In this document: piece by piece, positions 1 to 11,832 of the stretch
Layout: each line of letters begins with the position of its first letter
Numbering within the stretch: the first letter of the stretch is position 1
Origin: Ranitomeya imitator
Taxonomy: Eukaryota
Direction of reading: 5' to 3'
NCBI RefSeq assembly: GCF_032444005.1
Contig: NC_091287.1
Location: 329,344,001-329,408,000 of the forward strand
Length of the DNA stretch: 64,000 bases
Position numbers and translations under genes: made by a program
Notes under the pieces: model-generated
Told to the model about the DNA's origin: nothing
Databases searched by the model: none
What the model saw: only the letters and a program-made list of their open reading frames with translations

Positions 1-870
1 TTAAATGAGTATATCAGCTTCAAATCCTTCCTAGGCTAGCGCGAATTTTATTATTTTTGTTGTTGTCTTTTATTTTATTTTTCAGTCCTTATTCTTGTCC
101 CTCATTTTTCCCCTTTCCCTTACGGTTTCTAAGCCCTGGGCGACTCATGGGTACCACCGTGTGTAGTGGTAGAATATATACAGTACATGAATTGTGCATA
201 ATTATGAATCTTCTCCCTACTCTATTCATAGTTTCGCTTAAACACTGTTCGGTGGTTCTGGTGAAGCCTGACCGTACTAAGGGTCATCTCGCAAGTATGG
301 ACAATGCAATCATTATCGTCGGACAACAGAGGCATGTTCAAGAAAGAATGAAGAAGTCACCTATGGTTACAGCATTTTTTGCCTGTGTACGGGGGCTGTA
401 TGTTTTTATGAGGTGGTCATCTGGTGGACTATGTGTAATATAATTCATGCCTCTGCGGTAGTCGTTGAGTGAATATGGGGTGATTCATATATATTATATG
501 CAGTGGAGTATGTATTAGCTTCTGTTGATTCTCTGTATGCTATTTCCCCTATATATTCACCATTTTATAGTTTTGACATTGGTCCTATATGGTGTATTTA
601 GATAGGCTACTCACCATGGGGCTGTAGCTTCTAGTTTGGGGAGGGCTGGCGTTCTGTTTTTTAGTTTTAGTTTCACTTTCTGTTTGTATGGCACTATTAT
701 CTCTCCTTGATACCTGCATGCGCACGACGCGCATGCGCTGTGGTGCCGCCGTGGGGAAGCACTTTCTGGATGTGCTCCGTCGTCTTGGTTACGTGTACGG
801 TCACATGACCGGGACACGTGACCGGATGACGCGCACATTCAGCGCGGTCCCCTTTGGTGACGCCGCAACA

Positions 871-1322
871 TAATAATAATAATAATTTTTATTTATATGG
901 CGCCAACATATTCCGCAGCGCTTTACAAATTATAGAGGGGACTTGTACAGACAATAGACATTACAGCATAACAGAAATACAGTTCAAAACAGATACCAGG
1001 AGGAATGAGGGCCCTGCTCGCAAGCTTACAAACTATGAGGAAAAGGGGAGACACGAGAGGTGGATAGTAACAATTGCTTTAGTTATTCGGACCGGCCATA
1101 GTGTAAGGCTCGGGTGTTCATGTAAAGCTGCATGAACCAGTTAACTGCCTAAGTATGTAGCAGTACAGACACAGAGGGATATTAACTGCATAAAGTGAAT
1201 GAGAACATGATGCGAGGAACCTGATTGTTTTTTTTTTTATAAATAGGCCACACAGGGATCGTTAGGTTAATGCATTGAGGCGGTAGGCCAGTCTGAACAA
1301 ATGAGTTTTTAGGGTACGCTTA
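871..1322 (-). mobile_element. L2-clade LINE 3' fragment
   Basis: Minus strand reads the ORF2 C-terminus LKRTLKTHLFRLAYRLNALT*, then a 3' UTR ending TGTAAAGCGCTGCGGAATATGTTGGCGCCATATAAATAAAA and an (ATT)n tail. It is an inverted copy of 7655-7908. Possible TAATA target duplication (871-875/1321-1325). Confidence 0.85.
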
Positions 1323-1950
1323 ATACTGTGGGGATTGGGGATGGCGCATGGTGCGCCGGTGCGCCGCTGAGCAGGTGTTGGATATCTGTACATCAGAGTC
1401 CACTATATAAGGGCTTCAGCAACAAGAGGATCTCACCTCCTGACGAAGCTGCCGTTGCAGTGAAACGCGCGTCGAGGTGCGCTCAGCCGGTATGACCCCT
1501 CTCTCCTTGGTTCCAGCATGACCACAGGTAGATATCACTCCTAGCTGCAAGCTACTTCCATTTTTTCTGGAGATTATTGTGTCTATACTGGTATCGCTAT
1601 ATTGGAGTGGAGGAATAGAGTTACATGCCCTGTGGGATAGCTGTATTATCAGCACTAATAAGGGAGTTATCAGCTGATTATGGTCACTTGTTACCTGATA
1701 TGTGATATATGTTAGGGGGTCGTACCAGTCTGTAGCTTCTGTTCTGACCTTGTATCCGTTTATCTTAACGTCTCACCAGTGTGTTATATTATTTATATTA
1801 TCTATATGTATTTATAGATTTTTTCTAATAAAATTGTGGTTTTAGTAATTATCTTATTGATCCAGAGTCTTCATAGTTCTTTATTGGTGTGTAGTGCTTA
1901 TTTATGAAGGGATCCTGTTACTGGATATGAGGGTGTGTTGCTTCATGGTA
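1323..1950 (+). mobile_element. Penelope-like pseudo-LTR or retrozyme-like repeat segment (probably continuous with ~600-870 before the L2 insertion)
   Basis: TATATAA at 1404-1410, hammerhead motif at 1434-1479, AATAAA at 1827-1832. Hammerhead plus polyA signal is the known layout of PLE terminal repeats. No RT or GIY-YIG ORF seen, so the family assignment is inference. Confidence 0.5.
1434..1479 (+). ncRNA. Type I hammerhead ribozyme motif
   Basis: Helix I CACCTC/GAGGTG; core CUGACGA plus one extra A; helix II GCUGC-CGUU-GCAGU; GAAA; helix III C-GCGC-G (palindromic CGCGCG); GUC triplet with predicted cleavage after C1473. Confidence 0.85.
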
Positions 1951-1959
1951 TATAGGAAG

Positions 1960-2286
1960 TGTCCATATATAACTACTGTAAATAAGATGTGCCCATAAAT
2001 AACTACTGTACATAGGTGTCCATATATAACTACTGTACATTACTACTGTATATAGGATGTGTCATACATTACTACGGTATATAGGAAGTGTCCATATATA
2101 ACTACTGTAAATAAGATGTGCCCATAAATAACTACTGTACATAGGATGTGTCCATATATAACTACTCTACATTATTACTGTAAATAGGTGTGCACATATA
2201 TAATTACTGTATATAGGATGAGCCCATACATAACTACTGTACTTAGTATCTGCCCATATATAACTACTGTTTATAATGTGTTCATA
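1960..2286. repeat. ~30-bp minisatellite (ATAACTACTGTA...GATGTGTCCATAT)
   Basis: AACTACTGTA recurs at 1971 and 2001 and onward with about 30-bp period. Related degenerate units at ~6620-6800 and ~9480-9595. Confidence 0.85.
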
Positions 2287-2288
2287 TA

Positions 2289-3640
<1,352 letters not shown>

Positions 3641-3659
3641 TCTTTTTGTTGATGATTAT

Positions 3660-4428
3660 GGCTTACAACCAATGAAAACTCAAAAATCATTATCACAATA
3701 AATTAGAATAATCAACAAAAACACCTGCAAAGGCTTCCTAAGCATTTAAAAAGGTCCCTTGGTCTGTTTCAGTAGGCTCCACAATCATGGGGAAGACTAC
3801 TGTCTTGACAGATGACCAGAAGGCAGTCATTGACACACTCCACAAGGAGGGTAAACCACAAAAGGTCATTGCTAAAGAAGCTGGCTGTTCACAGAGTGCT
3901 GTATGGAGAGTTGAGTGGAAGGAAAAAGTGTGATAGAAAAATGTGCACAAGCAACTGGGATAACCGCAACCTTGAAAGGATTGTTAAGCAAAGGCCATTC
4001 AAAAATATGGGGGAGATTCACAAGGAGTCGACTGCTGCTGGAGTCATTGCTTCAAGAGCCATCACATACAGACGTATCCAAGACATGGGCTACAAGTGTC
4101 GCATTCCTTGTGTCAAGCCACTCATGACCAATAAACAACGACAGAAGTGTCTTGCCTAGGAGAAAAAGAACTGGACTGTTGCTCATTGGTTCAAGGTGTT
4201 GTTTTCAGATGAAAGTAAATTTGAATTTCATTTGGAAATCAAGGTCCCAGAGTTTGGAAGAAGAGTGGAGAGACACACAATCCAAGGTGCTTGAGGTCTA
4301 GTGTGAAGTTTCCACAATCAGTGATGGTTTGTTGAGCCATGTCATCTACTGGTGTAGGTCCACTGTGTTTTATCAAGACCAAAGTCAGCTCGGCCATCTA
4401 CCAGAAAATTTTAGAGCACTTCATGCTC
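3660..4428 (+). pseudogene. Degenerate Tc1 transposase fragment (second family)
   Basis: ATG at 3787 gives MGKTTVLTDDQKAVIDTLHKEGKPQKVIAKEAGCSQSAV, followed by frameshifted pieces (VKPLMT, FSDESKF, GVGPLCFIKTKV...YQKILEHFM). Confidence 0.85.
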
Positions 4429-4617
4429 GGCATATCGCTCCCCAGTATCCGGACCTCCAGCGCCGTTTTCTCCACTAGGCTCTGCTCCTTACCGTGGCGC
4501 TCTCTCCATATATTAGTGTGCTCCGATCCTCCAGTATACACCTGCCGCAGTATTTCTCCTTCTTTCTGACGCTCATCTAGGCAATTTGCTTCCATATCCA
4601 GTAAATGTCAAAGAAAC

Positions 4618-4656
4618 GCTCTGACGAAGGTCCGGTGTGGACCGAAAACGTTTAGC
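4618..4656 (+). ncRNA. Minimal type I hammerhead ribozyme motif
   Basis: GCU/AGC helix I; CUGACGA plus extra A; helix II GGUCC-GGUGU-GGACC; GAAA; single A-U pair capped by palindromic ACGU; U at the cleavage position (4653). AATAAA follows at 4680-4685. Confidence 0.65.
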
Positions 4657-4802
4657 AGTTTTGTTTGTATGGATGCATCAATAAATTAAGAAGCTTTTTC
4701 TCACATTGAGTGCCAAGTTTTATTCATCTGTATTCTACGGGGTGGACACCCTACTTGAGCACCTCCAACACCCATATCTATCGAGTGCCGTGTTCTCCAA
4801 TA

Positions 4803-6611
4803 GTGTCATGGAATCCAAGTCGCTGATTGGTCTCGCCAGCTGCCTGTCATGGCTGCTGCGACCAATCAGCGACGGCCACAGTCCGATTAGTCCCTCCCCT
4901 GCAGTCAGCGCCCGGCGCCCGCTCCATACTCCCCGCAGTCACCGCTCACACAGGGTTAATGCCAGCGGTAACAGACTGCGTTATGATGCGGGTAACTCAC
5001 TATGTTACCGCCACTATTAACCCTGTGTGACCAAGTTTTTACTATTGATGCTGCCTATGTAGCATCAATAGTAAAAACATCTAATGTTAAAAATAATTAA
5101 AAAAATAAACAATCATTATATACTCACCTTTCGCGATGCTCCGGTGACCGCTCCATGAAAGCGGCAGGTTCCGGTGCCAAGGATGGTATGGGAGAAGGAC
5201 CTGCCATGACGTCACGGTCATGTGACCGTGACATCATCACAGGCCCTGCGCGCCTGCGCGAGAAGGACCTGCCATGACATCACGGTCACACTCATGTGAC
5301 CACGACGTCATCACAGGGCCTACGCGAGAAGGACCTGCCATGACATCATGGTCATGTGACCGCGATGTCATCACAGGTCCTGCGCGAGAAGGACCTGCCA
5401 TGACGTCACGGTCATGTGACCGAACTACAAGGGGCCCTCGGAAGGTGAGTATATGTTTATTTTTTATTTTTTAACCTGTGACATATGTGGCTGGGCAATA
5501 TACTACGTGACTGGCCAATATACTACGTGGCTGGGCAATATACTACGTGGCTGTGTGCTGTATACAACATCGCTGTTCAATATACTACGTGGCTCTGTGC
5601 TGTATGCTATGTCACTGTGCAATATACTATGTGGCTCTGTGCTGTATACTACGTCACTGGGCAATATACTACGTCACTGGGCAATATACTACGTGATTGG
5701 GCAATATACTATGTCACTGGGAAATATACTACTTCACTGGGCAATATACTACATCACTGGGCAATATACTACGTGCCTGGGCAATATACTACGTGAGTGG
5801 GCAATATACTACGTGGCTGGGCAATATACTGCGTGACTGGGCAATATACTACGTGGTTGGGCAATATACTACGTGGCTGGGCAATATACTATGTGGGCTG
5901 TGCAATATACTACTTCACTGGGCAATATACTACATGGTTGGGCAATATACTACGTGACTGGGCAATATACTACGTGGTTGGGCAATATACTACGTGGCTG
6001 GGCAATATACTATGTGGTTGGGCAATATACTATGTCATTGGGCAATATACTACGTGACTGGGCAATATACTACATGGCTGGGCAATATACTACGTGACTG
6101 GGCAATATACTACATGGCTGGGCAATATTATACATGGCTGGGCAATATACTACGTGACTGGGCAATATACTACATGGCTGGGCAATATACTACGTGGCTG
6201 GGCAATATACTGCGTGGGCTGTGCAATATACTACATGGCTGTGCAATATACTACGTGGCTGGGCAATATACTACGTGACTGGGCAATATACTACGTGGCT
6301 GGGCAATATACTACGTGGGCTGTGCAATATACTATGTGGCTGGGCAATATACTACGTGGCTGGGGAATATACTATGTGACTGGGCAATATACTACGTGGG
6401 CTGTGCAATATACTATATTACTGGGCAATATACTACGTGGCTGGGCAATATACTATGTGACTGGGCAATATACTATGTGGCTGGGCAATATATTACGTGG
6501 CTGTGCAATATACTACGTGGCTGGGCAATATACTACGTGGGCTGTGCAATATACTACGTGGACATGCATATTCTAGAATACCTGATGCATTAGAATCGGG
6601 CCACCATCTAG
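4803..6611 (+). mobile_element. Non-autonomous Helitron-like element, 5' truncated
   Basis: Ends GAATCGGGCCACCATCTAG followed by T. Homologous in inverted orientation to 32214-33440. No TIR or TSD. Confidence 0.7.
5490..6560. repeat. ~20-bp minisatellite GGGCAATATACTACGTGGCT inside the Helitron-like element
   Basis: Roughly 50 tandem units with variant spacers. The same unit occurs inverted at ~32270-32835. Confidence 0.95.
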
Positions 6612-7162
6612 TATATATATAATTGCTGTATATAGGCTGTACCCTTATATTACTACTATACTATGTGACGTATCCATACATTACTGCTGAACATATAATG
6701 TGGCCATACATAACTACTATATATAAAGTGGCCAATCCATGCGTTACTATTGTTCCTAGGATGTGATGATGCATTACTACCGTATCTACTGTATACTACC
6801 ATATCTACTGATGCCAGTAGCTGTCTTATGCCTGTAGGCAGCGCATGGCAGAAGACAGCTGCCAGAATACTTACTGATCTCCGTGCTGGGACTATGGGCA
6901 AGTGGAGCAGTGAATATTCATTGATCTTTAATAGCTGAAGTGTGCCCACTACTTAAGAGAATGAATATTCACTTCACTCCCATGGGTGTAGAGAGCAGTG
7001 AATAATCATTTCTATGTAATAGCGGACACAGTAGTCGCAGCCATCGGCTTCTTGCAGTGGCCGGGCGATCACATGTGTCCGCTACTAAATGGAATGAATA
7101 TTCACTGCTGTCCACACCCATGGGAGTGGAGAGCAGTGAATATTCATTCCCTTAAGTAGCAG

Positions 7163-8800
7163 GCACACATTATAGTGCCTTTTGCAGTGCCCGTCTGTAC
7201 GGCACCGTGCGCAAACAGTGCGCTTTCCTGACAGCCTGTCAGTATAGGGTGGGAATTCCCACTTGGACTCTGCATCTGACTCAGGCGCGGGCTCAAAAGC
7301 CACCGAGGGTCAGAGCGAGTCCAATCACCAGTTTAGTGGGGGTGATTCATAGGGATCCTACTAGTGTCTTGCAGCTGCACCCTGTGACTGCTAACAGGGC
7401 ACAGCATATTTTGGCACCTCTGTGAAGCAACAGAGTTCGCCTCCATTCACACTGGGTGAAGTCTAACCCATGTTTGAGCAAGTGTCCATTACTCAGCAGC
7501 AGGTACTCTATCTGCATGGTGGACCCCGGGCTGCGAACGCACCTCATATCTACCTCTTAAATATTTGGTGCGTTCCGCTAGCCCTAACATTATATTAGCG
7601 CCAGGGTCTGGCTAGAAATGGTGGACGAACAGCAACTGCAGCGGTACATCCAGCTTTACATGAACACCCGAGCCTTACACTATGGCTGGTCTGAATAACT
7701 AAAGCAATTGTTACCATCCACCTCTCATGTCTCCCCTTTTCCTCATAGTTTGTAAGCTTGCGAGCAGGGCCCTCATTCCTCTTGGTATCTATTTTGAACT
7801 GTGATTTCTGTTATGCTGTAATGTCTATTGTCTGTACAAGTCCCCTCTATAATTTGTAAAGCGCTGCGGAATATGTTGGTGCTATATAAATAAAATTATT
7901 ATTATTTTATCCAGCAGCTTGACAGCAGGTTGGCGGCTCTCGAGCGCACAACCTCAGCTGTGGATGTTACCGCAGTAGCTGTTCAGGCTGCTAGCGTGGC
8001 TGCAGCTAGTTTGTCCACTGCCACTTCTGTTCCGACCTTATCCTGCCTCCCGCTGCCAGATAGGTACTCTGGCGATAGCAAGTCATGCAGGGGATTCATG
8101 AACAAGTGTGCGAAACATCTTGAGCTCCTGGCTGCACGTTTCCTCTCAGAGCGGGCTAAAGTGGGATTCATTATATCCCTCTTGTTGGACAGGGCGTTGG
8201 AGTGGGCTACGCCGCTGTGGGAGCGCGAGGATCATGTGGTGCAGAGTTCTCTCTGGTTCCTGAGCCTACACGGTATGCCTGACAAAATTGTCAGTGACCG
8301 GGGTCCCCAGTTTGCTTCTCGGTTCTGGAGAGAGTTTTGTCATCTTCTCAGCATTGAGCTGAATCTCTCTTCAGCATCTAGCGCCTGACAGTGCTACCTG
8401 CACACGTAGCACACATTATAGTGCCTTTTGCAGTGCCCATCTGTACGGCACCGTGCGCAAACAGTGCGCTCTCCTGACAGCCTGTCAGGGTGGGAATTCC
8501 CACTTGGACTCTGCATCTGACTCGGGGCATCCTCAGTCGCGGGCTGAAAAGCCACTGAGGGTCAGAGCGAGTCCAATCACCAGTTTAGTGGGGGTGATTC
8601 ATAGGGATCCCACTAGTGTCTTGTGGGATCCCTATGAATCACAAGACACAGAGTTCGCCTCCATTCACACTGGGTGGAGTCTAACCCACGTGTGAGCAAG
8701 TGTCCATCCGCCATTACTCAGCAGCAGGTACCATCTCTGCATGGAGAACGCACCTCATATCTACCACTTTATTATTTGGTGCGTTCCGCTAGCCCTAACA
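7163..8800 (+). mobile_element. Internally deleted Ty3/Gypsy element with two LTR-like direct repeats
   Basis: Direct repeats 7163-7589 and 8409-8800 both end GGTGCGTTCCGCTAGCCCTAACA. Between them is gag (MVDEQQLQRYIQ / LPDRYSGD...CRGFM...AKVGFIISLL..RALEWATPLW) fused in frame to an integrase core piece (HGMPDKIVSDRGPQFASRFW). Confidence 0.8.
7655..7908 (+). mobile_element. 5'-truncated L2 insertion in Gypsy gag
   Basis: L2 3' UTR plus (ATT)n tail, flanked by a 7-bp target duplication ATCCAGC (7648-7654, 7909-7915). Confidence 0.9.
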
Positions 8801-9829
8801 GCTTATGACATCCAATGCCAGAGCATCAGATGCAATATGCTAATGACCCTCGGCTCCAGCTCTGCTGGGGGAGTGAGTCCAGAGTCATGCTACTGTGTTC
8901 CGATTCTCTCACATGAGGGAATCTCAGCACAGGTATGTAGGAGACGGAGAACACCATCTCCTCCATGGGGTATATCGGACTGTACCAGGATGATATCTAA
9001 GTGCAGTCCTATGTTTCACATGCACCCATAGACTTGTATGGGTGCAAGTGAGCCGAGTCTTGCTGCCAATTGGAGCATGCTACCAATTCCGCATGAGAAA
9101 ATAATCGCAGATCTCAGCTGCCTCATAGAATAATGTTTTATTGCATAGCACTCAGCCGTAATATACCCTATTATGACCCTGGCCTTAATCTGAGAGTAGC
9201 ATAATAGAGAACAAGAACCTGATTCCAGGCATGGGTCACTTATTAGCCTGTGTGTTGCAGTTTCAAAACAGTTTTTTCAGCAGAAGAATAACACTGCTGG
9301 ATTACAGCTCACAAGCAGAGCAAACTAATCTGTGTAACCCTATACCACCACTCACAATGGCTAGCTCACAATGCACAGTGTACACAGGTAGCTACCAGCC
9401 AGGGGTATGGGCGGAAGGTGTACAAAATAGAAAACTGCCATTTTAATGAAGGTGTGTAGTTTTTATATATTCACCGTAAATATAGTATATAGGACCAGCC
9501 CAAACATTACTACCGTATATCGGATGTGCCTATACATTACTATTTTACATATGATGTGTCCATACATTACTACCATATATCGGATGTGTCCATTTACAGC
9601 AGGTGAAATAAGTATTGAACATAAAATACAGCAAATTTATAAATGCAGGTGCACAAATTGTTGTTGGAAGATGGTACTTGTGTGTATGACGACTAGAATT
9701 GAGCAAAACATTTCTGATGTGATTGTCTATGTCTTGTCGGGACTTTCATACTCCCTTGGCAGCCAGGGCAGTTTACACTTCTGCGCCCAGCTTTCTTGAC
9801 ATAGCATCCTGGGTACCTCTAGGGATTAA

Positions 9830-10698
9830 AGGGAACCTGTCACCCCGTTTTTTCAAGAAGAGCTAAAAATAGCGTTAAATAGGGGCAGAGCTGGGCTTTA
9901 CATTAGTGTATTTTGGAGCCTTTATTCCCCACCTATGCTGCCGAAATACCTTTGTAAAGTCACCGTTTTGGGCTGTCACTCACGCTGGTCAGGTCATATG
10001 GGCGTGGTGACAGCGCTGTTTCTCCCCCAGATATCCGTTGGTGGCGTAGTGGTGTGCACATGTCCAAGTGGCGAATCCACTGCGCAGCTTCAAGGAAAAT
10101 AGCGCGATCTGCGCTATTCAGCCGTTTATCGGTGGGCGCGGCCATCTTTGTGAGGCCGCGCGTGCGCAGATGGTTCATCTCGGCTTCCCGGGGCTTCAGG
10201 AAAATGGCCGTGGAATGCTGCGCGTGCGCAGATGGAGATCGCGGCGGCCATTTTCCTACAGCCGAGATGTGAACTCGGCTTCAGGAAAATGGCCGTCGAG
10301 ATCGCCATCTGCGCACGCGCGGCAACCCGCGGCCATTTTCCTGAATCCCCGGGAAGCCGAGAAGAACCATCTGCGCACGCGCGGCCTCACAAAGATGGCC
10401 GCACCCACCGATAAACGGCTGAATAGCGCAGATCGCGCTATTTTCCTTGAAGCTGCGCAGTGGATTTGCCACTTGGACATGCGCACACCACTACGCCACC
10501 AACGGAGATCAGCGCTGTCACCATGCCCATATGACCTGACCAGCGTGAGTGACAGCCCAAAACGGCGACTTTACAAAGGTATTTCGGCAGCATAGGTGGG
10601 GAATAAAGGCTCCAAAATACACTAATGTAAAGCACAGCTCTGCCCCTATTTAACGCTATTTTTAGCTCTTCTTGAAAAAACGGGGTGACAGGTTCCCT
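9830..10698. mobile_element. T2/Kolobok-type palindromic MITE (869 bp)
   Basis: TTAA duplication (9826-9829, 10699-10702); termini AGGGAACCTGTCACC / GGTGACAGGTTCCCT. The whole element is an approximately 430-bp-arm inverted repeat centred near 10268. Confidence 0.9.
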
Positions 10699-11534
10699 TT
10701 AAAAAGCCATAAGTGCAAAAGGCAGTGCAAATCTCGTGGCTCAACTTTAATGATAGCTATTACGTGGCAAATGGAAAAGAACATTTTACAGTGCAGTGTG
10801 CATTTTGCATTTAGATATTGATTAGCAGATACACTCTAAAGATCAAAAATTTCCCAGTGTATGTGGTATTGTATCAATGGGGCTACATTCTCCCAATGGA
10901 AGCCATTGCAGCCCCTTTCAGACCAGCATGTTTACATAGATCATTTTTTTTCAACTGTATATGAAAGTTCAGCAGAGGGCAACTACCAAAAAATGTAAGA
11001 TCGCACTATTTTATCTTTTTATAATTTAACCCTATGGCCGACATAAGCCTTTGTATATGGGTACATATGTCAGAGACTTCTGTCAGTGGTGTCTATCTGG
11101 AAATCTTCCTGACATATACTGCCAGTGTAAAGCTTAGATGCAATGTGTACTGAACCTAACATTTTTAACATGTTATATGCATCCTAAAAAATGTTTAGAA
11201 ATCACTCTTTCTTCATAGGCCCCATCTGATCAGAACATGTCCAAGAGTTTAGTTTTGTAGAATTGTGCCCTGTTGTCTGTTCTCACATGTTTTCACAATG
11301 AGAATACAGGGCGAAACACAAGACAAAAGGCTGAGGCTACCAGGAGAATCTAATGGGACAGAGTCTTTGTTTTCTGCAAAAAAAAATAAGATCACTTGAT
11401 TTTGAAATTCTCCTGGTTTGGCAAGAAATTACCCCTATAAGCTCCTTTGTCATCAAGTTTGTGCAGAACACTGACTTGAAGGTGTTGTTAGAGGTAATAT
11501 CTGGGGTGACTGAGCTGAGTGATGTGCCATATAA

Positions 11535-11786
11535 GGCCGGCTTCACACTCAGCGTATGAAAATACGGTCTGTATATTACGGCCGTAATACGCTGAAATGT
11601 CCCGAAAATAGTGGTCCGTAGCTCCTCCGTAGGCAGGGTGTGTCAGCGTTTTTTGCGCATGGCATCCTCCGTATGTAATCCGTATGGCATCCGTACTGCG
11701 TAGTTTTCTCGCAGGCTTGCAAAACCAACATACCGCTATAGAAATGATCCATGTGTCCCAAAAAGAAAAAAAATATATATATATAC

Positions 11787-11832
<46 letters not shown>

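Noticed and set aside
5490-6560. CRISPR-like regular repeat
   Set aside because: Units are contiguous with no unique spacers, there are no cas genes, and the context is eukaryotic. The same applies to 59857-60200.
5453-6593. Many overlapping ORFs (WLGNILRGWAIYY...)
   Set aside because: They are translations of a 20-bp minisatellite that lacks stops in several frames. The same applies to 32404-32861.
9960-10635. Mirror-image ORFs on both strands
   Set aside because: Artefact of a GC-rich palindromic MITE; no recognisable domain.
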